A DNA stretch of 64,000 nucleotides from Podarcis cretensis (Eukaryota): NCBI GenBank assembly GCA_951804945.1, contig OX638156.1, positions 62,000,001 to 62,064,000 on the forward strand, in the 5' to 3' direction. The translations under genes were made by a program, and so were the position numbers. The notes under the pieces are model-generated. The model made no database searches. It worked only from the letters and a program-made list of their open reading frames with translations, and was not told the origin of the DNA. Below are positions 1-12,787 of this stretch, piece after piece (the first letter of the stretch is position 1; each line of letters begins with the position of its first letter).

Positions 1-189
1 GAGAAGGCCCTCTGCCTGGTTCCCTGTAACCTCACTTCTCGCAGTGAGGGAACCACCAGAAGGGCCTCGGAGCTGGACCTCAGTGTCCAGGCTGAATGAT
101 GGGGGTGGAGACACTCCTTCAGGTTTACAGGACCAAGGCCGTTTAGGGCTTTAAAGGTCAGCACCAACACTTCGAATTGTGCTCGGAAA
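1..189 (-). mobile_element. L2 LINE fragment, interrupted by an L1 insertion; a few bases resume at about 1301-1323
   Basis: Reverse complement matches the plus-strand L2 copy at 18055-18385 (ggacactgaggtccagc...gagggccttctgg...gttacagggaaccaggc). Confidence 0.8.
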
Positions 190-1300
190 AATCGAAACTG
201 GAGACAGAACTGTTAGAACCTAAAACTAAGATTCTTTCAAGAATGTATAACTTGCTGCTGAAATGGAACACTCAGGATGAAACGGTTAAATCAGCCATGA
301 TTAAATGGGCACAGGACATAGGTCATAACATTTTGTTTGCTGACTGGGAAAAGTTGTGGACCACCGGTATGAAATTTACGGCATGTAATGCCCTAAGAGA
401 GAATATTATGAAAATGATTTATAGGTAGTACATGACTCCAGTCAAGCTTGCTAAAATTTATCACCTGCCTGATAACAAATGTTGGAAATGTAAAGAAACT
501 GAGGGTACATTCTTTCACCTTTGGTGGACGTGCCCGAAGATTAAGGCTTTCTGGGAGATGATATATAATGAACTGAAAAAGGTATTTAAATATACCTTCC
601 TTAAGAAACCAGAGGCCTTTCTCTTGGGCATAGTCGGCCAATTGGTGTTAAAGAAAGATAGAACGTTTTTTATGTATGCGATAACAGCAGCAAGAATACT
701 CATCGCAAAGTACTGGAAGATACAAGATTTGCCCACGCTGGAAGAATGGCAGATGCAAGTAATAGACTACATGGAATTGGCAGAAATGACTGGCAGAATC
801 CGAGACCTGGGAGAAGAAGCGGTGGAAGAGGACTGGAAGAAGTTTAAGAACTATCTGCAGAAATACTGCAAAGTTTATGAATGCTAAAAGGATGTTGGAT
901 ATGAAAATAATATGGCATTAGTGATACAGTGTGAAAAAAAACATGCAAAAATGTAACAGAAAAAAGGTGAAAGACAAAAGTTTTATTATGTCAAAGGTAA
1001 ATAATATGTTAAGGGTATTTAAACATAAGGAGGAAAGATTGGAGATATAATAGAGTGATTTTAATAATTAGAAATGATTTCTGAAAGAGGGTTAGAATTT
1101 GCTGTATTTGATTGGGTAAAGAGGAACACAAAAAAGGGAGGCGTGAGGAAGTCAGGAAAGAAAGTTATTCAAGTATGAATTTAAAAGTGGGAGTTTTTAT
1201 CTCTTTTTTATTAATAATTTTATTTTTTCTGTATGTTGTCTTTTTTCTTTGGTTCTACTGTATGTGTATAAAACTTAATAAATATATTTTTTTTAAAAAA
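190..1300 (+). mobile_element. 5'-truncated L1-clade LINE: ORF2 C-terminus, 3' UTR and A-rich tail
   Basis: ORFs 177-428 and 432-887 are one frame split by a single TAG. They carry the L1 CX2CX8HX4C knuckle (CWKCKETEGTFFHLWWTC). AATAAA and an A-run lie at 1277-1300. Degenerate TSD gaattgtgct(c/t)g(g/t)aaa at 174-189 and 1302-1317. Confidence 0.9.
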
Positions 1301-1696
1301 TGAATTGTGCTTGTAAACGTACTTGAGAAGAACGTCTTTTTCCCCCGTTTGCCAGGCTACTAAGGCTAAATCAAGAGGACAGGAAACAAGCAACCTGCAT
1401 AGCACGCACACACGCACACACACCTAGGGACACCCCTAGGTATTTCAGCTATGTTAATTTGTGTCAATAGAGCATTCAAAGGAATAATTTTATCCAGCAC
1501 ACAACTAGGAGAAGATTTTTTTCCATCACTTTGGTTAGATCAAGATAGCTGAGCATACAGTTTCAAACCATTTAATTCCTTGAAGCATGTGGAGTGAACA
1601 AGTTATTCTTATGTTAGAAAACAGGTGAGAGTCAACAGAGGAAAAGATGTTAGACGTGCATTGTTTTGTGTTTATGTGTCCCGCCGAACACCCTCT

Positions 1697-1710
1697 CCAC
1701 CAGGTGGCAG
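1697..1710 (+). promoter_or_regulatory. Candidate CTCF site
   Basis: CCACCAGGTGGCAG matches the CTCF core consensus. Motif only, binding not shown. Confidence 0.5.
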
Positions 1711-1772
1711 TCAAAAATCCTTGTTCATGCTTCCAGATCTTGGGAGTTGACTTCATACTGGCATCAGTGGTA

Positions 1773-1990
1773 AGCTACTGTGGTGTAGTGGTTAGAGTGT
1801 TGGACTAGAAACTGGGAGAGACTAGCCTCCACTCTGCCCTGAAGCTCAGCGGGTGACCTTGGGGGCTAGTTACTCCTTCTCAGCCTAATCCACCTCACAA
1901 GGTTGTTGTGGGGATTAAAGGAAGAGGAGGAGAACCGTGTCCACCACTTCAAGCTTCTTGGATGAAAAGGTGGGATATAACCTAAATAAA
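1773..1990 (+). mobile_element. Old tRNA/CORE-type SINE (MIR/Squam3-like)
   Basis: Head tgtggtgtagtggttagagtgttggac, CORE-like gggtgaccttggg...cctcacaaggttgttgtg, A-rich tail. Confidence 0.65.
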
Positions 1991-2499
1991 TTGATGATAG
2001 ATGATAGGTAGATAGATCCACTCAGAGTTTTTTTGCCCACTAAGAGTAATATGAGCAAAGCTAGTGGAGAAGATTGCTGCCTTTGTTTGAATAGAGTGTT
2101 GTAATAAATATCCCTGCAATAATAAGCAAAGAAGCAGAAAGCCAGTGTTGCTGATGGATTGTGCAGTAATTTATACCCACAAGAGTCGACCTTTGTTGAC
2201 TCCCATTGTTTGCATGCCACTATTTTCCCTGACAGGCTTCCTAAACCTCTAGCGCATTTGACTGCAAAGAGGAAATTCAGCAATTACCGTACTCCTTTTT
2301 CCGGACATGCAGGTCCAATGACTGGGGAAGTCAGTGTGGGCCAGTGGTTTGAGCATTGGGCTTGAACTGTGGAGACCTAGGTTCAACTCCTCTCTCTGCC
2401 ACGAAGCTCACTGGACAACCACGGGCCAATTACAATGTCTCCGCCTGACCTTCCTCACAGTGTTTGTGAAGATAATATGGGGGAAGGAGTGTTATGCAT

Positions 2500-2652
2500 G
2501 CCTCTGTTGGGAATCACAGGTGGGCAGAGTGCTCTTGCTCTCATGTCTTGCTTGTGGGATTCCCATTGGGGCATCTGGTTGGCCACTGTGAAAACAAGAT
2601 GCTGGACTAGGTGAGCCATTGGCCTGGTCCAGCAGGCTCTCTGCTGTTCTTA
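2500..2652 (+). mobile_element. CR1 LINE 3' end (subfamily with TTCTTATG-type tail)
   Basis: gcatctggttggccactgtgaaaacaagatgctggactag...tccagcaggctc, the same family as the copies at 28.1, 33.6, 40.2, 48.7, 58.8 and 61.6 kb. Confidence 0.7.
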
Positions 2653-2738
2653 GGTATTGGGGCTGTGCATTCGGTCCTGACAAATCCTGGGTCACAAACT
2701 GAATTGGAACGCTTCTGGATTCCTGCCCCCCAAATGGT

Positions 2739-2827
2739 CATAACTTGCAACGTTTCCCTTTTTAAAGGTAAATTCCCTTATTATGAATAGGATTCCTCGC
2801 AAGAAAAGGGAAAAGTTGACAGCTATG
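2739..2827. mobile_element. 89-bp hAT-type MITE
   Basis: Imperfect TIRs cataacttgcaac / gttgacagctatg. Perfect 8-bp TSD caaatggt at 2731-2738 and 2828-2835. Confidence 0.85.
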
Positions 2828-2914
2828 CAAATGGTAGCAACTCTATATATTCTGCTTTGTCCAGTAGTGTCACCAGGATCCTTACTGCTTTGGTTCCTCC
2901 CCCCAACCCCTGAA

Positions 2915-3055
2915 GTTTTGAATTTTATTGATATTGATGCTGCATTTTATGTTGTATTTTATGCTGTTTTAAAGTCACACTTTAATCAATGTTCTATATT
3001 TGCTGTTAGCCGTCCTGAGCACGGTTTTTAAACCGGGAAGGGCGGGGTAAAAATA
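2915..3055 (+). mobile_element. L2 LINE 3' end
   Basis: ttttatgctg...gttagccgtcctgagcacggtttt...gggaagggcgggg, near-identical to the end of the L2 at 61050-61522. Confidence 0.65.
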
Positions 3056-3562
3056 TATATATATATTATTTATTATTACTCTCTCTTCCTCCCCTCCACA
3101 TTCCTGTTCATCCTAATGCCAGATCCTTTTTAAAATTTAAATTTGCATGTTGGTCATGACTTGATAAGTAGCTAGCCCTGCTTTTCAGATGAAAATCATA
3201 TTGTGGATAGCCATAATTAAAATTCAATGCATCACGCTGGTGGCAGCGCTGTACACGAAAAGAGGATGTCAGCCTTGCCCTCAGGCTTACAAAGGAAAAG
3301 ACCAAACACACAGGGGAATGCGGCTGGTGGGGGGGGGAAGCAGACGAGGGAAAAGGGAGAGGACGGCAATGAGATCGGCTTGACAAGGCCAGTACAAAAA
3401 TGGACAGGTGTAAACAGGTGTCGTGGCACTTCAGGTCAAGCTTATGCGACCTTTTCTGGGATTCTGCATGGCAGTGATCCTTAGCCTTTTGGCTAGTGAC
3501 AGAGGAGCAGATAGCGTCCTTTTTCTCTCTATGGAGGCTAGAGGAGCATCAGATATGCTTGC

Positions 3563-3615
3563 GAAGAAGAAGAAGAAGAAGAAGAAGAAGAAGAAGAAGA
3601 AGAAGAAGAAGAAGA
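3563..3615 (+). repeat. (GAA)n microsatellite
   Basis: Uninterrupted GAA run of about 17 units. Confidence 0.97.
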
Positions 3616-3913
3616 GTAAAATAATCAATCTGCTTTGCATCCATGGTTGTAATCAAGATCCTTTTCCTGCAACATGCCTTTATCTTATACACAAATCAAA
3701 AAGATAAGCAATACCCTAAACAGTGCTGAAAAGCCGAAGATCATGAAAAGAACAACAACAAAGCAAATTTTCTTTCTTTTTTCTTAAAAGAACCCCCTAT
3801 TTTGCTGTAATTTGTCCCTGTATTTTAATTGCCGGTTATGATTTCAATGCATTTCCTCCCAGATTACATCATGTTAGAATAGGAGAACTTCTGGCCTCTG
3901 TGCCAATGTCAAC

Positions 3914-3927
3914 CCACCAGGGGGTGC
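3914..3927 (+). promoter_or_regulatory. Candidate CTCF site
   Basis: CCACCAGGGGGTGC matches the CTCF core consensus. Confidence 0.5.
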
Positions 3928-4184
3928 AAGTTGGCCCGCCGAGACATTTTCTCCAGTCCATGATGCCCATTTGCCCAACTTTCTGATGGGCAGGAGGGTG
4001 GGGTTCAATCCTGCTGGGAATGTGCTTTCAAAGCAGACCCCTGCACTGAAGGCAGCAAGACTGAACGCTCTGCTCATCAGCTGGTGAGTGGAGGCATCAA
4101 TCCTGGCCACTTTGGCTGTGAGCACTTGTTTCCCTGCTGAAGAGTTTTTATTTTTATTTTTGCAGGCTTCTGAATGTAGATTCA

Positions 4185-4268
4185 AAGCAGAATCAAAGAA
4201 CTGAATTGTAGGGTTGGTAGGGATCCCCAAGGGACATCTAGTCCAGCCCTCTGCAATGCAGGAATCAC
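4185..4268 (-). mobile_element. CR1 LINE extreme 3' end
   Basis: gaattgtagggttggtagggatcccc...catctagtccagccctctgcaatgcagg is the reverse complement of the CR1 end at 20880-20950. Confidence 0.7.
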
Positions 4269-5278
4269 AGATAAAGTGGAAGCGGTTGTTACATTTTGCT
4301 TCTTTCTATAGATGTAGAATGAGAAAGAACTACAGCACCAACAACAGAAGTTCAGCTTGTAACGTTTATAGCTAGCAGCTATAGTTGTTTAAACCCCTGT
4401 TAATCATTATGAAAACCAGGTGAAGAAGAATTGATCCGTCTGGCTCTGATGAGGTGGTTTCATTATACGATCTGTAGAGTTAATTAGCTAACTTATTTAG
4501 TTTGATTATGTCAGAGTCATCAGCTGAATTCTTGCTTTGATGCATTTTTCCTTTTCCTTTCTCATTGATCTTTCTTGGTGGAGTGGAAACACAAAGCTGT
4601 AAACAACGGCAGTGTGGCTAGCTTTTGCAAGCATAGGCGAGGTTGGGAAAACTTGGGTTATCAAAGGATTATCAGCCTAAAAACATAAAACCAAAGGAAC
4701 AGCCCTGCTGGATCAGGCCCAAAGCTGATCTGTCTTAGGTCCAAGCTATTTGAAAGACTGTATTCCCTCACATGAACTTGCCCAGGTCTTGAGATCTTCA
4801 GAGGAGGCCCTTCTCTCAGCCCCAGAAACCCTCACAGGCATGCTTGGTGGGGATGTGGGAGAGGGCCTTCTCAGTGGCCCCCCCTAGACTTTGGAAGCTA
4901 GAAAAGTTAGACCGGCTCCCTCTTTGCTATTCTTCCACCAGCTGGTGAAGACTTTCTAGTTATTATTGTAATTAAATGTATGTTATTAACATATTGTGTG
5001 TGTTTAATTGTTTTTTTTAAATGATTTTCCCTCCTATGTTTTAAGCTGTTCTTGTTCATAAGCCACCTTGAGTCCCTGTCAGGAAAAAGATGGGGGATGA
5101 ATGGATAAATAAGGTAAGCCAGCACTCTGTCCTTACAGTGGACAACCAGGTGGTCATAGGAAGCCAGCAATTAGGACTTCAGCACAATAACTCTCCATCA
5201 CTTGTGGACTCCTGAAACTAGTGTTTAGAAGCATAGGATCTCTGATCTTGTTTGCCTTATCTTCAAAGCAGTTCAAAG

Positions 5279-5418
5279 CAGTACTTTTTTTCTTTAAAAA
5301 AAATTGTCTAGGGGTACTCTCATTGTCCTACTCATATTTAAATAATGCCCCTCAATGAGGCCAAACTTAGATTCACAAAATGTTTAGGTATGCGTACCCC
5401 CCCAGAAAAAAAGCACTG
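5279..5418. mobile_element. hAT-type MITE (140 bp)
   Basis: TIRs cagtacttttttt / aaaaaaagcactg. Perfect 8-bp TSD gttcaaag at 5271-5278 and 5419-5426. Confidence 0.85.
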
Positions 5419-7004
5419 GTTCAAAGTACTCAAGTGGGTGTATACGGGGTAAGTCGACCTTGCAGGCCCTGCCTTGTGGAACTCCTTGCCAATGGAGGCT
5501 GAGCAGAAACAATCCCTGTCTACTTTTAGACATCTCCCGAAAACTATGTTATTCAGACAGGCTTTTGAAACATTAATTTTTCCCCCAACCAGATTTTATT
5601 TACGTTTTTTATTTATCTTATTGTAATATTGTGTACCACTCTGCTGAATTTTTTTTTAATGAAAAATGAGGCCAATAAATATATCGATCAATCATTCACC
5701 CACTCAATGAACTCTTGTGTGAATGAATTCAGTGCACTGTTTGAATAAGGACTTCCTTTTGTCTGGCATAAATCACCCCACCATTCATCTTTGTTGCTGA
5801 CGCTGGATTCTAGCATGATCCGAGGGAGAGAAAGCCTGATCTGTTTATACTTTCTCCACATCATTTAAAATTTTGGGCATGTCTATGCCCCGTCCGACCC
5901 ACTGCTCCACTTACCTTCCCTTCAGGCTAGGGATTTAACACTTGACTTGCCATAAATACAGGGCAACAGTAGGTTTTCCCCCAAGTGGGGCTCGCAACAA
6001 AATGTTGCAGCACAGAGCTTTCCTGTTCAGTGTTCCAGGCATCCAGCCACATTTCCTAGGCAAGTTTTAACTTGTGTCATGTGCAAAGCCTTCCCAGTCA
6101 CTTAAACTATGGCTGGTTCACTGCTAACAAAGAGTTACTTGAGAACCCAGCACTCTTGCTTGACTATGGTTTGCTTTGTCACCTCATCCCAGGCACTCAC
6201 CAAACTACAAAGGCACAAGAGCATCTGGAAGACTGAACAAACCATGGTTTGTTTGATGGGCTGTGGCACTGCATGTGTTCACCTCATGGTTTCTTATGGT
6301 GAACCAGGCCTCTGTCTGAACTCTGCCTTAATTATCACCCTGAAGAAACATCTTTTTATTTCATGTTGCAGATGTAATTGTTAAGAGGGACAAGATTGGT
6401 TTGGAATAAATTCCTCAGGAAGAAATATTTTCTGTTCATCTTGACATATTCTGCAGCTCCGTTAACGCCACCGACCGCCTATATTTTTGTCTCATGCAAT
6501 GAAGCATGTGAACTGGAATGATGGTGTTACAAACTGGTTCCCCGCTCCCATTGTACAACTAATTATGAGACTGACAAACTGTCAAGTCAAAATGCCAAGA
6601 GGAAGAAGGGGGGGGGGGGAGACACAGAGAAGAATTATTTGAATGCATGCAAACAGTTCTATTGTGTTTGCACATACTTGGGGGAGGTCCTTTCGGAGCT
6701 GTAGGGAAGAGGAGTTAGAATAAGCTGCGAGCCGAGTGTTGACAGATGAGCAATATATTTAGAATACTTCTCTTTGAATGGACACAGCAGCCCCGGAACT
6801 GATGATCCATTGTTCTTTGGGGGCAGGAAGAGATGGAATACAAATGCAAAGTCATTCCCTTCTTGTCATATGAAAGATGTTTTATGTCTTGCGCTTGCTG
6901 GTAAAAGAGGCCAAGAGTGGCTCTGTCTTTCTGTGTATGGATGCCTTGGGGAAAGGGTGTGGAGTCTCAGACACAAATGTGCATAGGGATATAGCAAAGA
7001 GCCT

Positions 7005-7340
7005 TACACTGAGTTGGACCATCAGTCCATCCAGCTCTGGCAGCGACCCTCCAGAGTTTCAAGGCAGGGGGCTACCCCGGCTCTACCCCTGCAGATGCCA
7101 AGGATAGAACCCAGGACCTTCTACATGTGAAGCAGATGCTCTACTACCAAACTGCGGCCCTTTCTCAACAAGAAGACTCAGGCCATTGGTCCATCCAGCT
7201 TGGTATTGCTTACACTGACTGGCAGCTGCTCCCCAAGGTTTCAGGAAGGGTTCTCCCACAGCCCTAGCTGGAGATGCTGGGCATTGAACCAGGGACTTTC
7301 TGCATGCAAGGCAGATGCTCTACCACCAAGCTATGGGTCC
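7005..7340 (-). mobile_element. Two tandem copies of a tRNA-headed squamate SINE
   Basis: Each copy has ...gaaccca/agggac...gcagatgctctac(t/c)accaa, the reverse complement of tRNA A/B boxes. Same family at 25372, 27186 and 34955. Confidence 0.65.
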
Positions 7341-7708
7341 TCAGGCATCCCTAACTGGCCTCACACCCTTCTCTGGCTCTGCACCACACACACTCTGAGA
7401 GCTTTCGCTTGGCTGGGATGTCTCCTTGAACTGCGATAATGGGGTGTAGCCATTTTAAGTGTTCTGGGAATGTTTTAAATAGTTATTTTAAACTGCTTTT
7501 ATTTTTAACTGATAAGTTCATTGCTTTATCCTTTTTTCTGTAAACCACTTTGAGGTTTTCTTTTCTTTTCTTTTAAACAACCAAGTGGTATATAAACGTA
7601 TCTGTGATTCCTGGACTAGGGCTGGCTCTAGATGAATCAAAGAAGCATTTCAGTTGAACGCGTTGTAAACTTTGTATGAGAAATCAGGTTGGTGAAAACA
7701 GAACTCCA

Positions 7709-7726
7709 CAGTGCCATCTGGTGTCA
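7709..7726 (-). promoter_or_regulatory. Candidate CTCF site
   Basis: Minus strand reads TGACACCAGATGGCACTG. Confidence 0.4.
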
Positions 7727-7840
7727 ACTTGTTTTGATGCATATACAACGCATATTAATCACTTTTTCTTTGCCAGTGTAGCTGGGTCCCTTCCAACTCT
7801 ATGATTCTATGAGTCTATGAAACAAACAAACAGTTCTGCG

Positions 7841-8220
7841 NNNNNNNNNNNNNNNNNNNNNNNNNNNNNNNNNNNNNNNNNNNNNNNNNNNNNNNNNNNN
7901 NNNNNNNNNNNNNNNNNNNNNNNNNNNNNNNNNNNNNNNNNNNNNNNNNNNNNNNNNNNNNNNNNNNNNNNNNNNNNNNNNNNNNNNNNNNNNNNNNNNN
8001 NNNNNNNNNNNNNNNNNNNNNNNNNNNNNNNNNNNNNNNNNNNNNNNNNNNNNNNNNNNNNNNNNNNNNNNNNNNNNNNNNNNNNNNNNNNNNNNNNNNN
8101 NNNNNNNNNNNNNNNNNNNNNNNNNNNNNNNNNNNNNNNNNNNNNNNNNNNNNNNNNNNNNNNNNNNNNNNNNNNNNNNNNNNNNNNNNNNNNNNNNNNN
8201 NNNNNNNNNNNNNNNNNNNN
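7841..8220. other. Assembly gap
   Basis: Run of N. Confidence 1.
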
Positions 8221-11200
8221 GATTTCCTGCATCACATCATTTCTAGCCCCTAATCACTGACTTATAGAAGAGGGTGGCCTTCTGGGTCTGTATTTTTCTT
8301 TTACAACGAACACAAGGAAGGGGGAGAAGGGAGCAAAAGCTTTATATGCGACAGCAGCCTTTGCAAAAGTCTCCTAGCTCTGTATGAGGGGGCAAAGCTT
8401 AAAGTGAATCCAGTTGTTATTTAGCCCAATGCCCCAAAGCTTGCTTGACTCTCCTGATGCTCTATGAGGAGATGGATAGCTCAGGAACCTGTTGTATTCC
8501 CCGCTGACGGCCTACCCTTTAGCCAAAGTAAACTTTGCAAAAGGTCAGCATAACGGACGATGACCACATACTCATGCTTCACCTGAGCTTTGCCAGACCC
8601 ACCTTGGGGAACAGCAGCCATTCATCTCCGTGTGAATCGATCTATTGGACTCAACAGTCCCACTCTCTCCTGAGATGCACATTTTAAAAGAGAGAGAGAA
8701 ATCCTATCATGCTTCCTAAAAAAATAAAAAATAAATAAAATATCCCCACTGTCAGATATTGGATTTGTGAACTTTTTCTTGGCTTCTACATTCTATGTAA
8801 TTGACCTAATGTGGTTGACTGCAAATTGGCGTGGAAGTGGGTGGGAATCTAAAAAGACCTTGACTTTTAATTGCTGGATTTTAATTGCTGGTTCTAAATG
8901 TGTTCTGATGCATTTTAATCATTTATTTATTTTTGTAGCTGGTTTTCTTTATTGCCCTGTATTTTATAATGACATTCTTTAAATGTTGTAAGCCGCCTTG
9001 AAACCCAAACTGAGAGAGAGGCAGGAAAGAAATACATTAATAAATAATAAAATAAAGCCAAAACCAAAGAGGGTATCACTAATAGGTAGAAAACTACACC
9101 ACAGATTATATATCAATAGCTGGCAATTTGTCGATTATGTATGATTAACAGAAGAAGGAATGTATATATTACCCTCTTCAGTATTATTAATGTCTCCCAC
9201 CAATACTTCGTTGGAGACATGGTTGATATGGTTAATGTATCGTTTTTCTCTGAACATTTTGGCAACAACTCATTTTAAGTGGTCACGATATCCAAGATTC
9301 TGTTGCAGTAAATCTGCCATTTGGTGCCTGCATATTTCTTCCTTGCCATTGCAGAGTTGACAATATGGAGGTACAGAGAGTCAGAGCAGAAAGGGGGGAT
9401 TTACAACACAAACACCATGGAGCTGCAATAGCCTCTCGTTTAGTTATTGTACAATGTACTGTGGTGAATTTTTACCTGTAAAATTTTTAGGGCCAGAAAT
9501 GGTATTTTCAGGGGGTGCAAGATGCATCTCAGACTTTGTCAAAGAAACACCAAACACACCTTTCTATTTCCGTTTATAGCTTTTTGAAGCTTTAAGTGTG
9601 CGGCTTTTTGATTCTACAGGTATATAATCTATCCCCTTTCTCTGCTGCCTCCAGGCACTGTTTTCTGTCTTCTTCACACCAATGTGCTCCTAGCCAAATA
9701 GGGCTCACATTGTGAATGTGATGACATCATGAGCCATGTAGCCAATTGGGCATAGCTTCATGACTGTGTCACTGCAGGCCTTTCTGGGAGTTTTCCCCCC
9801 ATGTAACTAAGAGCACAGTCACACACCACACATTTTACACCAATTCAAAGCACATTTCCCCCAAACTGTAATTTACACCTCATAGAGCTAGAGTTCCAAG
9901 CACCTTTAACAAACTGCTGCTCCCATTATTCTTTGCATGGGACATTGCTTTAAATGTTTGGTGTGGATATGACCTAAGATTCCTGATCTTCTTTTCTATT
10001 CTCCAGTCTCCTTGACTTGGTTTGGATGCAACACTAAACAATAGTTTAGCATTCCGTGCTCCAGCCTCTGGCTTGGATGTTCCCTGTTCCCCTTTCTTCC
10101 CTTGGGCACTGGAAACTCCTGCTCCCACTTTTAAATTAACCAGAGTTTCCCATTACACAAAAACTTAGGGAATTCTGGTTGGTTTAAACCAAGAGTCTCC
10201 AACATGGTGCCTTCCAGCTATTGTTGTACTCCAAATCCCATCAGCCTCAACCAGCATAGCCAATCGTCATGTGAGTTGCAGTCCAAAAACGTTCTGGAGG
10301 GCACCACATCAGCTTACCCTTGGTTTAAACTATTGACAGTGACCAAGACAGAACCATGGTTTAATCCTGGCTTGTTTAGATGTGGCGGAGTTACGAGTTC
10401 AAATGGAAGCAAGAACAATGGCTAGTAGAAGCAGTACCTTTCAACATCTTCCTCGTAGCTGCAGCAGAGAAGGGAGAAGGCAGGGTAGAGTACACAGCCA
10501 TGATTTAGTAACTTACACGGTGTCTCCTGGATCTTGTTGGACTACAGTTGCCATCAGTCCCAACCAGTATGGCCAGTGATCAAGGCTGATGGGAGTTTTT
10601 GGGTAGTCCAGAAACATCTGGAAGGGTACCACATTGGCTGCCCCTATGTTACATCTTCCCAGCCCTGGCTATTTCCTGCAATATCTGCCAATGAATTTCC
10701 TGCTAACCACCCATCCTATTCTGCTGGGATTTGTACCTCCAGAAACCTACACTTCTGGCTTCCCTACCTCAAGATAGGGAGTATTCTTGGGGTGGGGGGA
10801 GAGAGAATGAACACTGGCAATTTCTCCAGTTGGTTTGCATGTGGATACTTGCTGAGGAATTTTAAGATCCAAAGGATCAAATCCCAGGTGGCTGTTGGTT
10901 AGCCAACGGCTTGCCATAGGGCAACTCTGTCCAAAAGTCCATGCTCCCTTTCTTTGTCAAGCCGGAAAGACAGGAGCTACAGCAATGTCCTTGATGTGTT
11001 CTCTGCCCTCAGCGTTTTCCTTTTCAAGCATAGTGTGACCACTTCAGAAAAACAGAGTTTTAAAAAAGCTCTGTTCATAAAGGGAAAAAATTAATTGCCC
11101 TTTTCATAAAACATTTAATACACAGTAGTACACTAAACCTCCAAAGACATGGGTTACCGGCTTCGCCGTAAATCCGCTGCTTATAACCCTACGATGAAAC

Positions 11201-11639
11201 TGGCAAGCATAACAATATATAGGTTTTACATTTAGGGGCCTTTTAAAGGTACATAAAGCGTGCACACGCACACACACACATATCCAGGCTGAGAAATGCC
11301 TGTGGCACGTTTCAGTAATATAGCTTGCTTCCCCTCTGTCTTTTTACACCTATAAATGGATGGTAGTCATCTCCTCTCTGTGAGCTGTTCCATCAGCCTT
11401 TGCTGTGGTGATCCATAGTGTGGCAATAAAAACTAGCCCTCCAAAGGCAATTCTGTCCCTCCACTCCTGAGGACGACGTGCCCATCCATCTTTTAAAGGC
11501 ACTGAATGACTCATTCCACAGTCCTGTCACACACAAAATCTCTTTTGCGATGTCCCACATTTTTAGTTTAGGTCAGAAACCAGATGGTCTACCCCCCAGA
11601 GCTATCACCCTTCGAACCCCAGATTATTGGAGCCATCTC

Positions 11640-11925
11640 CTCCTCCCTTTCATCCTAAGGTCCATGGTGGGTTACAACATTTAAAACACAATGATTAAAA
11701 CTAGTTTAAAGCAATTTACGTTCATAACAATAAGGCTGGTCCTGAAAATATCCAATTCTGGAGTTAAAGAGGCACGTCTTCAACATTCTCCAAAAGCTGT
11801 ATAATGATGGCACCATGTGGGAAGGGAGTCCCACAACTTAGGGGCTGCCACAGAGAAGTCGCTCTCCTGGGTTGCCTCCTCCAAAACTTCTGAGGGAGGT
11901 AAAATTACCAAGAGGGCCCCCTCCT
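11640..11925 (-). mobile_element. Degraded L2 LINE 3' region
   Basis: gggagtcccacaacttaggggctgccacagagaag...agagggcccc, typical L2 minus-strand signature. Confidence 0.55.
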
Positions 11926-12787
11926 GTTATATGGAATGATGGAACAAATAAATTAAGGAGGGTGGCTCCAATTGCATGGGGTGACCTTCTTCCTGCTTTT
12001 GCACACAGAATATCATAAGTTCAACCATCAACATCTCTGGATAACACTGGGAGAGACCCCTGTCTGAATCCTGGAGAGCTGCTGTCAGATCAGGAGCATC
12101 TCAGGCAAGGATTTCAGGGTCCAAACCTGAGACCTAGTGATGGCCCCGATGATGTCATGGAGGCACACCTGGTGATATCACAGGGCAAACCCAGTGATAT
12201 CATGGGGGAAGGCCCCAGAGGTAGTTGTTGATTGAGAGGGGGGAGAAGATGAAGAAAGACCTTCATTGGCCTGTGCTATAATGAAGCAGCCTGCTTCATG
12301 CTGTTCTGAACCTTGCAATCTGCATTCTGTGTAGCCCCTACAGCATCCACAAAAGGTGGAGGAGCTGTGAGATTGATTTGCCAGCCTGGAGCTGTTGCAG
12401 TCCCAGATCAGTGTCTGTGCTGTTGAGTGACAGTAAGTGTTGCCAAGTCAAGAGCACCCCAGTCACTGAGATTTCAGGGCCCAAACCTGAGACCTAGGAG
12501 CAGCACCTGATGTTGTCACAGAGTGGCCCTGGTGATATCATAGATGAGGCCCTCAAGATGGAGGTTAATTGGGAGAGGGGAGTGGATGACAGACCATCCA
12601 AGTGTCCCTATTTTCCAGAGATGTCCCTGATTTAGAGAAGCCGTCCCGATTCCTGATTTAATCCCAGAATGTCATACTTTTCCTTAGGATGTCCTTATTT
12701 TTATTGGAGGAATGTTGGAGGGTATGGAGTTATCTGACCCCCCGAGCCATCTGAAGGCAATCCTGTATAGGTAATGTTTTTTTTAAT

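Noticed and set aside
432-887. 151-aa Cys/His ORF as a host zinc-finger gene
   Set aside because: It is the L1 ORF2 C-terminal knuckle, preceded by an in-frame stop, and duplicated at 20140-20415.
3423-3707. Poly-Lys ORF, and the poly-Leu/Ile/Asn/Thr ORFs at 18.3, 39.1 and 61.5 kb
   Set aside because: Translations of trinucleotide microsatellites.
4445-4475. Other CTGATGA/CTGAAGA words as hammerheads (also about 42205, 53265, 54468, 58488)
   Set aside because: No stem II followed by GAAA and an NUH site with a pairing stem I.
7807-8260. Long ORFs across X runs (also at 15.6-16.0 and 53.8-54.0 kb)
   Set aside because: Artefacts of assembly gaps.
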